Source: Octopus sinensis
Lineage: Eukaryota
Length of the DNA: 30,245 nucleotides
Reading direction: 5' to 3'
Assembly: GCF_006345805.1 (NCBI RefSeq)
Contig: NW_021836410.1
Location: 1-30,245 of the forward strand
Below the pieces are notes generated by a model. That model saw only the letters and a program-made list of their open reading frames with translations. It ran no database searches and was not told the DNA's origin. Of this stretch, positions 21,669 to 30,245 are shown piece after piece. The position numbers were made by a program, and so were the translations under genes. Each line of letters starts with the position of its first letter. Within the stretch, counting starts at the first letter, position 1.

Positions 21669-21768
21669 GAACTTTTAGAGAAAGACAAAGGTGATGGATA
21701 CGCCGAATCTTTAGGGTTTCGTAAAAATACCTTTGCAGTAATTTGTTCCGGATCTTTACGATCTGATT

Positions 21769-21962
21769 TTCTGATTTCAAATCCCACCGAGTCAACCTTT
21801 CCTTTTATTTTTTTCGGGTCGATAAAATCCTTAGAATTACTGTGGGGTAGAGAGGGGAACTGCCTTGCGATATTTGTTGCAGCTCTTTCCGTTCTGATTT
21901 CAAAACCTGCCGAAGTCAATCAGCTTTGTCCTTCATTCTTTCGGGTTCGATAAAATAAAGTA
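21769..21962 (+). mobile_element. Two diverged SINE family B fragments
   Basis: Two degenerate TTCTGA(G/T)TTCAAA...TTCGGG(T)TCGATAAAAT blocks. Confidence 0.55.
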
Positions 21963-21964
21963 TT

Positions 21965-22939
21965 AATGAAGCGTGTATGTGTGTGTGTGTGTCTGTGCAT
22001 GTGTTTGCGTGAGTGTCTGTGTGTGTGCGTGTGTGGCTGTGCGTGTATGTCTGTGCGTGTGTGTCTGTGTCCATGTGTGTGTGTGTGTTTGTGTGTACCT
22101 CTGTACATTTGTGTTTGTGTGTGTGTGGGTGGGTGTGTATTTGTGTGTGTGTGTGTCTGTGTCTGTGTCCATGTATGTGTGTGTTTGTGTGTGCCTCTGT
22201 GTATTTGTGTTTGTGTGTGTGTGTATGTGTGTGTGTCTGCGTCTGTGCGTGTATTTGTGTGTGCGTGTCTGTGTCTGTGTCCATGTGTGTGTGTGTGTGT
22301 GTGTTTGTGTGTGTCTCTGTGTATTTGTGTTTGTGTGTGTGTATGCGTGTGTGTGTGTATGCGTCTCTGTGTGCGTGTGTGTGTCAGTGCGTGTGTCTGC
22401 GTATGTGTCTGTGTGTGCGTGGGTGTGGGTGTATTTGTGTGTGTGTGTGTCTGTGTCTGTGTCCATGTATGTGTGTGTTTGTGTGTGCCTCTGTGTATTT
22501 GTGTTTGTGTGTATGTGTGTGTGTCTGCGTCTGTACGTGTGCGACTGTGTGTGTGTGTGTCTGTGTCCATGTGTGTATGTGTGTTTGTGTGTGCCTCTGT
22601 GTATCTGTGTTTGTGTGTGTGTATGTGTGTGTGTCTGCGTCTGTGAGTGTGCGCGCGTGTGTGTGTGTCGGTGCGTGTGTCTGCGTGTGTGTCTCTGTGT
22701 GTGTGCGTGTGTGTGTATTTGTGTGTGTATATCTGTGTCTGTGTCCATGTATGTGTGTGTTTGTGTGTGCCTCTGTCTGTTTGTGTGTGTTTGTGTGTGT
22801 ATGTGTGTGTCTACATCTGTGAGTGTGTGCGCGTGTGTGTGTGTATGTCTGTGCGTGTGTCTGCGTGTGTGTCTGTGTCTGTGTCCGTGTGTGTGTTTGT
22901 GTGTGTGTATGCTTGTGTGTGTCTGCGTCTGTGAGTGTG

Positions 22940-22981
<42 letters not shown>

Positions 22982-22998
22982 CGCGCCGGTGTGTGTGT
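21965..22998. repeat. ~1-kb (TG)-rich minisatellite with higher-order ~100-bp modules
   Basis: GTGTCTGTGTCCATGT anchors with CCATG at 22071, 22169, 22281, 22463, 22567 and 22745. Explains the 200-435 aa Cys/Val and Thr/His ORFs. Confidence 0.9.
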
Positions 22999-23190
22999 CC
23001 ACCACCACGTGACAAAAGGTGTCGGTGTGTTAACAAAAGAGGTCGAAAGAATAAGCAGCAAGCGTTAAAGAAATGGTGTCGACTTGTTGGACTAAACGCT
23101 TCCAGACATGACCCCAATCCAATGACTGAAACAAGTAAAGGATATATATCTATCGTGTTGACAAAGGATCTAAAGTTGTCCTATCTTAGA

Positions 23191-23400
23191 TTCAAATTTT
23201 GGCACAAGACCAGTATTTTCAGGAGAAGGGGTAAGTCGATTACATCGACCCCAGTACACAACTGGTACTTATTTTATTGACTCCGAAAGGATGAAAAGCA
23301 AAGAAGACCGCGGCCGAATTTGATCTCAGAACGTAAAGACAAATGAAATGCCGCTAAGCATTTTATCCGGTACGGTAACTATTCTGCCATTTCACCGCAT
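23191..23400 (-). mobile_element. SINE family B
   Basis: Reverse complement contains GGCAGAATAGTTA, TCTGAGATCAAATTC, TTTCATCCTTTCGGAGTC and CTGGGGTCGATGTAATCGACT. Confidence 0.8.
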
Positions 23401-23426
23401 TAGATATGTTCTATGTTAACATTAAA

Positions 23427-23833
23427 GGCGCAGGAGTGGCTGTGTGGTAAGTAGCTTCCTTACGAACCACATGGTTCTGGGTTCAGTCCCACTGCGTGGC
23501 ACCTTCGGCAAGTGCCTTCTTCTATAGCTTCGGGCCGACCAAAGCCTTGTGAGTGGATTTGGTAGACGGAAACTGAAAGAAGCCAGTCGTATATATGTGT
23601 ATATATGTATGTGTGTGCGTGTTTGTGTGTCTGTGTTTGTCCCCCCAACATCGCTTCACAACCGATACTGGTGTGTTTAGGTCCTCGTAACTTAGCGGTT
23701 CGGTAAAAAGATGTCGATAGAATAAGTACTAGGCTGACAAAGAATAAGTCCTGGGGTCGATTTGATTCGACTACAGGCGGTGCTCCAGCATGGCCGCAGT
23801 CAAATGACTGAAACAAGTAAACGAATAACAGAA
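23427..23833 (+). mobile_element. Full-length SINE family A
   Basis: Colinear with 15982-16376. Confidence 0.9.
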
Positions 23834-23879
23834 TTACAACAACAAGTAACTAAATATATATTCTCACATACACGCACGC

Positions 23880-24135
23880 GCTTGAGCAAATTCGTTCGGA
23901 TGCTGGGTCATCGTTATTATCTCCCTTTCATTCAGCCTCTTATTTATCATGGTGAACCGTTAAACCCAACACATCTTATTTTCTCTCCGTTTCCCCACTC
24001 CTTTTAATCATTTCTGTCGAAGAGCGTAGACTCGAAACATAGAAAACTTTTCCATTCTTCCCGAGCGTTAAACTAATACACCTACGTGTTGTTCCTACGC
24101 TTGTCTTCGTCTTTTGTTTTCGTTAAATTTGAACT
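23880..24135 (+). mobile_element. Penelope-type solo repeat with hammerhead-like motif (core 24014-24041)
   Basis: TTT-CTGTCGA-A-GAGCGTAGACTC-GAAAC-ATA-GAAA; downstream blocks shared with 2245-2440. Confidence 0.6.
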
Positions 24136-24609
24136 AAATATACATGTATTATAGAGTTATCAGATAAATACACTCGTTTTTTTTCCATTTCATTGTTTTG
24201 TTTTTTAATCCTTCCGATGTCATTTGAATTAACTCCAAAAATAATTGTATTTTGTTGGTGTTTCTTGTAACTCTATTTTAACTCTACAACTTCTGTTTAC
24301 CGTTTTTTTGGGGGTTTTTTTTTTGAAATTTTCAGTCATTTGAAATTTTCAGTCATATGACAATGGAACTCCAAGTAGGATGAAAAAAAAGACATGAATT
24401 ATTCAGACAATGCAATACTTATTCACATCCACATAACTAAATATGTAATATACATATGCACGTTTTTATCTGTCTTCATCTGTCTATATTTCACCAAAGT
24501 ATGTAAAACTATGTTGAAAAACGGAGGGGAAAAACATGGTTCTGTCTGACAATTGCAGTGTCAAGACACTCGAGTTGCAAAATCAACTGACTTTCACTAA
24601 AACGTATAC

Positions 24610-24610
<1 letters not shown>

Positions 24611-24690
<80 letters not shown>
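24611..24690. repeat. (TAA)n microsatellite
   Basis: Direct observation. Confidence 0.95.
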
Positions 24691-24692
<2 letters not shown>

Positions 24693-24842
24693 TATGTGTG
24701 CACATGAGTGTGTGTATGTGTGTGTGTGTGTATATATATGTACACACACAAGAGTACGATGGATAAATTGTCACCATTTTATATTTTTATTTTCGCGCAT
24801 GCGCATCGTTTGTTTTCGATTTTTGTCGACTACACAATATAG

Positions 24843-25588
24843 TAGGGTCAGTTGGGCACTATTTGTGAGAAAAAACAGCATCATGGCGCAATTCACTCTG
24901 CCAAAAAATTGGAAACGACATGCTGTTCTGCTTGGCATTCAATCCGGAATCTCCAATACGAACATTTCAGAGTGTTTGAGTGTCCATCTGAAGATAGTGC
25001 AGTATGAGGACATCTACCTAGAGTGATAATCATCAAACATCCAGTCAACATCATGGTACATGGAGTGATCGCTAGTGATAGCGGCGTATGCCTCCATTTA
25101 TCCTCCTGCTGAGGCCCTGGGCTAAGAGGGTAGCTGCTGGAAGACCCTACGTCTGGCAACAGAACTCAGCACCATGCCACACAGGCAGGAGAATCCAGTC
25201 ATGGCTGTCAGAGAATTTCTGCTACCACACCACCCTTAACATCTGGCCACCTTACTCCCTAGACTGCAACCCCAAGATTATTATTTGTTGGGCGCAGTTG
25301 AGCGAGAGACCAACAAAACTCCTTGTAACACCTAAGATGAACTGAAGGCAAGAATTATGGCAGCACTCACCAACTCAAAGAAAGAGACCGTCTAGAAGAT
25401 TTACAGGAGATTCCGAAGTCGTCTGGAGACCATAGTTGAAGCCAATGGTGATGTTATGGAATTACATTACTCTTTAGTATTTCAAAATATTTTTATGTAA
25501 TTTTGGTAAATATATCTGTTAAAATGAGATGTCAGTGTTATTTTCATTTTTGGGTAGTTTAGACAACAGTTTATTCACTGCACCCTAT
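24843..25588 (+). mobile_element. Internally deleted Tc1/mariner element of the DD37D (maT/mori) type; transposase pseudogene
   Basis: ATG at 24883 gives an HTH-like MAQFTLPKNWKRHAVLLGIQSGISNTNISECLSVHLKIVQ. Then KHPVNIMVHGVIASD, WQQNSAPCH...WPPYSLDCNP-[frameshift]-DYY with 37 residues between the 2nd and 3rd catalytic positions, and a C-terminus RFRSRLETIVEANGD. Right end CACTGCACCCTAT; partial left end TAGGGT-CAGT. Confidence 0.85.
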
Positions 25589-25605
25589 CTACAGGAATGT
25601 GAAAT

Positions 25606-25853
25606 CGCGTGGCTTAGTGTTTAGGATGTTGGACTCATGATCGTAAGATTGTGGTTTCGATTCCTGGACCGGGCAATGTGTTGTGTTCTGAGCAAAACAC
25701 TTAATTTCACGTTGCTCCAGTCCACTCAGCTGGTAAAGCAAAAATGATTATTCCTACGAGTAATCGGCGTCCCATCCAGGTGGGGAATCTATACGCCACT
25801 AATACCAGGAAACCGGCCTTTATGAGCCTGGCATGGCTCGAGAAGGAAACAGT
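25606..25853 (+). mobile_element. SINE family C head/core with a third type of tail
   Basis: CGCGTGGCTTAGTG...GGTTTCGATTCC, GTGTTGTGTTCTGAGCAAAACAC, CAGTCCACTCAGCTG, then a tail unrelated to those at 125 and 17707. Confidence 0.75.
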
Positions 25854-25863
25854 TATTTTTTAT

Positions 25864-25865
<2 letters not shown>

Positions 25866-25939
<74 letters not shown>
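25866..25939. repeat. (TAA)n microsatellite
   Basis: Direct observation. Confidence 0.95.
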
Positions 25940-25940
<1 letters not shown>

Positions 25941-26396
25941 TATAACCGGCCGAAACTACTGAGAAAATCTGGAACTCAACTGAAGATAGAAAACTCCGAA
26001 TGACTCGTCCTTGTTTTTTTTTCTGTCCTTTTTTGTATTGTGTAACTGTCCGGATGTTTTGTCGTCGCCTGTTACGTTCTTGTTCCATTTTTTTTATGTT
26101 TCTTGTATGTATGTATAATATATATATATATTATATATATATATATATATATAATAATTATATATATATATATATATAGTAATGTATGTGTGTTTGAGTG
26201 TGTGTATGTGTGTTCTAACACATATATCCAAGCACTTGTCTACTTCACGCGCACATGTCATTTCGTTCCGCCTTTGTCTGTCTTTGTTTGTTTCTACCCT
26301 CCTCCTTCTCCTCCTTCTTCTTCGTCGTCTTCTTCTTGTGTTCACATATAATTGATAAAGTAAAAACCACAATCGCAATCCGCCCACTCATTCACA

Positions 26397-26474
26397 TGAT
26401 GAATGATGATGACGACGACGACAACAACGACGATGATGATGGTGATAATGATGACGACAATGATGATGATGATA

Positions 26475-26516
<42 letters not shown>

Positions 26517-26583
26517 GTGATGATGATTATCATCATTTCTGTCATCCCAATGCCACCCCTTCATCGTCTTTCTTCTATTGCTC

Positions 26584-26626
<43 letters not shown>

Positions 26627-26670
26627 CCTTTCATCATCCTCATCGTCGTCATCTTCGTCATCATCTAACA
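26397..26670. repeat. (GAT/GAC)n followed by (CAT/CGT)n trinucleotide tracts
   Basis: Direct observation; explains the poly-D, poly-S, poly-M and poly-H ORFs. Confidence 0.95.
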
Positions 26671-26770
26671 TAGTTCAACATCATCATTTCAGCCAAGTTT
26701 CTTACGAAACATTTTCAAATTGCACTGTAAACAGAAGTAGCAGAAAAGCACTTGAAGCGATATTATGTAT

Positions 26771-26775
<5 letters not shown>

Positions 26776-26811
<36 letters not shown>

Positions 26812-26945
26812 AGAGATTGGGATAGAGAGAGAGAGAGAGAAAGAGAGGGAGTGGAGAGAGAGAGAGAGAGAAAATAAAAGCGAGAAGAACGATAGTTAAA
26901 TAGAGAGACAGAGAGAGAGAGAGAAAGAAAGAGAAAGAGAGAATG
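26776..26945. repeat. (GA)n-rich tract
   Basis: Direct observation. Confidence 0.9.
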
Positions 26946-27443
26946 GAAAAATCTAGAGAAAGATAATTCTAAAGAATATTCTAAAAGAAACAGGAAGAGT
27001 AATTTTCCATCCAAGCCTAACAAGACGAGAAGCCTGGGGGAAGATGTCTTTCATTGTAAACATTTCTGCTTTTGTTTTATATTAAACTTTTACCAACAAC
27101 AAATCTCAAAGATTCGTCGCCTGAAAAAGTCCAAACTTGCAAATTAACCAAATCTGATCGACTCACCACCACTCATTGTTTTATGTTCCTTTGCCTTTGC
27201 TGTTGTTGATGTTGTTGTTGCTGTTGGTTTATTACTGTTGTTTTTTGTTTGTTTGTTTGTTTGCCTACTTATAGATTTCGTTATTTTCTTGTTGGTTTTT
27301 GTTTTGTTGTTTTTCATTGTTCTTGTTATTACCGAGTTTGCTTTGATTTTTTTTTTCAGTTGGTGGAGTTGTTACTAATTTTACATGCATGAACCGGAAG
27401 AATAAGTATTTTTGTTGGTTCCTATCTCTGTTATGAATATTGG

Positions 27444-27627
27444 TAAAGCGGTCGATAGCACACCAGGGCAAACTACTTAGCGACGTTTCGTCTATCTTCA
27501 CGTTTTGGGTTCAAATTCCGCCGGGATCGACTTTGCTTTTTATCCTTTCGGGGTCGATAAAATATGTACCACTTTGACAGTGGGCTCGATTTAATCGACT
27601 AAACCTCTCACCCGAATTTTCTGGTCA
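27444..27627 (+). mobile_element. SINE family B, diverged
   Basis: GGGTTCAAATTCCGCCGGGATCGACTTTGCTTTTTATCCTTTCGGGGTCGATAAAATATGTACC. Confidence 0.8.
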
Positions 27628-27845
27628 TTCAAAATGTGACCGCGTGTGTACCGTTGGCGATTTCTTTCCTCTGTCTTCCCTTCTCTGGATCTTTCCTTCT
27701 CCTATGTTTCCGACGAAGAGCTCCACTTGAAACGTTAAACCCTCCTTCTTCCCTTCCTTCCTGGGCGTCCAATAATACTATATTTGTTCCACGTCCTCGC
27801 GTTGTTGTGTTTTCTCTTTGTGTTTTCATGTTTGGATTAACTTAT
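27628..27845 (+). mobile_element. Penelope-type repeat with hammerhead-like motif
   Basis: Inverted homolog of 5465-5670; followed by the AT-rich block and the 27990-28135 module that is partly homologous to 6975-7200. Confidence 0.75.
27706..27740 (+). ncRNA. Minimal type-I hammerhead-like motif (decayed)
   Basis: GTTT-CCGACGA-A-GAGCTCCACTT-GAAAC-GTT-AAAC: stem I GTTT/AAAC is intact; U4C and stem-II substitutions relative to the 5562 copy. Confidence 0.5.
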
Positions 27846-27849
27846 TAAA

Positions 27850-28134
27850 CTTTTAATACTTTTGATATTTATAAAAAAAAAAAATAAATAAATAAAAAAT
27901 TAAAAAAAATAAAAATTTATAAGTTTAAATTATTTAAATAATTTTTTAATTTTTAACTTTTATATTTTTAAATTAATTAATATAAATTTTATGTATTGGC
28001 TTATGTTTTTCACTGTTTGATTTGCCTAATAGTGTTTTTATCTCTAATTTAATATAATATAATATATTTATACTATAAAATTGGATTTAATCCTAAATCT
28101 AATTTTTCCCTGTAAGTTTGGATTTATTCCCTAA

Positions 28135-28201
<67 letters not shown>

Positions 28202-28282
28202 TAAAGTTTATACTCTGTCTCTGGTATTCGGTACTATTTTTCCATTTTGTTTCACATTTATGTGCTTACTCTAATATAATAT

Positions 28283-28345
<63 letters not shown>
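27850..28345. repeat. AT-rich repeat module, (TTA)n (28135-28196) and (TA)n (28270-28345)
   Basis: Direct observation plus homology to 6975-7200. Confidence 0.8.
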
Positions 28346-28346
<1 letters not shown>

Positions 28347-28424
28347 GCAACAACCAGCAGTAAATACATACATATATCAGGAAGTTATAGCGGGGACCCA
28401 CACACATATACACTTTCCGCGTAC

Positions 28425-28444
28425 CCTCACTCTTTCTCTTTCTT

Positions 28445-28476
<32 letters not shown>

Positions 28477-28545
28477 TCTCTCTCTCTCTCTCACACTTTC
28501 CCTCTCTCTCTCTCTCTCTCTCTCTCTCGCTTTCTTTCTTTCTCT
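28425..28545. repeat. (CT)n tract
   Basis: Direct observation. Confidence 0.95.
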
Positions 28546-28966
28546 CTGTGTTACCTTACTGCAGGGAATTCAATAAAGGATAAAGAACGAACTGCTCCGA
28601 TGTAACACATTAAAGGATACATTAATTTTTCATTTTGTTTTTTGTTTCGTTTTTTTCTGGGGTTTTTTTGTTTGTTTTTTTTTGTACTTTTAATTTTTAT
28701 CTCACTTGTTATTCATCACCCCTAAAATAACACTGAAATCCTCCCCCAAAACAATAATAAAAGATCAATTATTGAAATTGCTCGCTGAAGATATTGCCTT
28801 TATGTATCAAATCAAATTAGCGTCTCAAATCGATCGCGTGCTCGCTATCATTTCATTCCAAATTTCCTTACAGAACGCACAAGGAATGTTTTATTAGCTT
28901 CTGCTGGCTTGTAGAGGACGGGCCGTGAAATTATTTCCCACGAGAGTTCCGGACCCCAGTAATGAA

Positions 28967-28986
28967 CTCATTTGCATACAGCCAAT
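28967..28986 (+). promoter_or_regulatory. Octamer (ATTTGCAT) plus CCAAT box inside the inverted-repeat arm
   Basis: CTCATTTGCATAC at 28967-28979, CCAAT at 28982-28986. Motif match only, no evidence of function. Confidence 0.3.
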
Positions 28987-29521
28987 CAGAGCTCACCTTG
29001 ACCTTGTTGCACACAAACTACGCAGAGGCAGCCATGCGGATAACGAAGGATCAGATCCGTCCAGTTCTCAGACTCAAAGCCCAACATAACATTTGTGAAT
29101 GAGTTAAAAACAACCAATCTCTTGGTAAAACACATTCTACCAAATAAACTCAAGACGAAGAGCGGGGTTGTAAGTCGACCGATTGCGAAGTTATGCCTGG
29201 TTTTAGAAAGAAAACAAGAAATTAGATAGATTTGCATCTATACCTATTATCGGATTTTGTTAGGGCCCCTTATGGTAAAGATGTGGATGGGGGAAATGTG
29301 GGTAGAGGGTGGTGTGCTAGCAGCCCTCTCCCCTTACTGTTTTACAAAGTAACTACGCAGAGGCAGCCATGATTGAAACGAGAACAAGAGCAACAAGCAT
29401 TACTAAAAGAGAAAAGAAGCATGGTTATTCCTTAGCCAAGTGACCTTATCTTATCGCCCATCACTTGTTATGCGCTCATGAATTAGTTTGATAGTTGAGC
29501 TCTGATTGGCTGTGTGCAAAT

Positions 29522-29596
29522 CTCGAGAAGTACGTGGAACAAATAGGGGCTGCAATAAGGGTGGAGCACTTGCAGAAAACAGCACTGCTTGGAACA
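29522..29596 (+). pseudogene. Short fragment of an R4/Dong-like (RLE-type) non-LTR retrotransposon C-terminus
   Basis: Translates as LEKYVEQIGAAIRVEHLQKTALLGT; LQKxxLLGT is typical of the end of R4/Dong-type ORFs (family knowledge from memory). Confidence 0.6.
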
Positions 29597-30032
29597 CCCA
29601 TACATAACTGAGTTCATAACTGGGGTGCGGAACTCTCGTGGGAAAAAAATTTTCGCTGATGGGCCCGGTTACCAACCGAGTGAAACCATCGTGAAGGTAG
29701 CCCTTTAAGACTTCCTTTAGCGAGGAAAGCTAAGACCAGTTTTTCTCTGCTTAGCGACTATGGTGAATGAAGAATCAGTAACTTGGGTAAAAACAACTAA
29801 GGGGTCAAAAGCCTTCCTCTCCAGCCATGCCCTCACGAAAATTTTCAAGTACTACACGAGGGGAAAGGTGCGAAAAGTGAATGCTGCTCCGCATACAATT
29901 TACTAAAGGGTTAATAAGAGGGGTGTGAGTCGGACTTCTCTAAAAATGTTACTGGGGCTGGGTTGTGGCTGGGATTTTCGGAACAGGAACTTTTTGGTTC
30001 GAGCGGTAAACTTTGTTGTGAGGATTAGTGAA

Positions 30033-30245
30033 GGCGCGTGGCTTAGTGGTTAGGACATTCGGCTCACGATCGTAAGGTCGCGAGTTCGATTCCCGGCAGC
30101 GCGTTGTGTTTTTTTCGCAAAACACTTTATTTTATATTGCTACAGTCCACTCAGTTGGTAAAAATGAGTGGTACCTGTAATTTAAAGGGACAGACTTGTC
30201 GCGGTTCTGTGTCGTGCTGAGTCTCCCTGAGAACTATGTTAAGGA
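30033..30245 (+). mobile_element. SINE family C (runs off window end)
   Basis: GGCGCGTGGCTTAGTGGTTAGG...GAGTTCGATTCCCGG, CAGTCCACTCAGTTG, CCCTGAGAACTATGTTAAGG. Confidence 0.85.

Larger units (their letters stand above)
28934..29645. mobile_element. Putative DNA-transposon relic bounded by 62-bp inverted repeats
   Basis: 28934-28995 is the reverse complement of 29496-29520 + 29609-29645 (3 mismatches). No TSD found; superfamily not assignable. Confidence 0.55.

Noticed and set aside
21916-23280. Overlapping 200-435 aa Cys/Val and Thr/His ORFs
   Set aside because: Open in nearly all frames because TG/CA repeats lack stop codons; these are minisatellite read-throughs.
23460-23816. 118-aa ORF with similar peptides at 15951, 16057 and 5157 (SQGFGRPEAI...CHAVGLNPEP)
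   Set aside because: Antisense read-through of SINE family A; the recurrence reflects repeat copies, not a protein family.
24353-24440. Peptide SYDNGTPSR resembling the cadherin DxGxP motif
   Set aside because: An in-frame stop lies three codons upstream and another follows shortly downstream; no other cadherin motifs; coincidence.
25980-26005. CTGAAGA...CTCCGAA possible hammerhead remnant
   Set aside because: Stem II does not pair fully, GAAA is incomplete and there is no cleavage-site context; too degenerate to support.
30033-30105. tRNA-like heads at 1160, 15982, 17707, 23427, 25606 and 30033
   Set aside because: A/B boxes are present but acceptor and anticodon stems do not close, and each continues into SINE body sequence; they are not tRNA genes.

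Overview
This is AT-rich eukaryotic non-coding DNA (intergenic or deep intronic), densely packed with microsatellites and interspersed repeats. The repeat families look like those I recall from octopus/cephalopod genomes; that is recognition from memory, not a database result. No intact protein-coding gene is supported. The long ORFs in the track are read-throughs of simple repeats, SINEs or decayed transposons. The one clear host gene is an intact tRNA-Gly(TCC) at 15835-15906 with a Pol III terminator. The rest of the window holds: three tRNA-derived SINE families, an RTE-clade reverse-transcriptase relic, a short R4/Dong-like relic, an internally deleted DD37D (maT-type) Tc1/mariner element, mariner MITEs, a Merlin-like MITE with an 8-bp TSD, Helitron-like elements and Penelope-type solo repeats. 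The best lead is a set of four dispersed Penelope-type repeats that each carry a minimal hammerhead-ribozyme-like motif with covarying stems; two of them share a non-canonical A6U core. Other leads are a head-to-head inverted duplication of a ~488-bp unit and an inverted repeat carrying octamer+CCAAT boxes that is interrupted by a templated LINE fragment. Boundaries were read by eye and are approximate unless a TSD or TIR is quoted.
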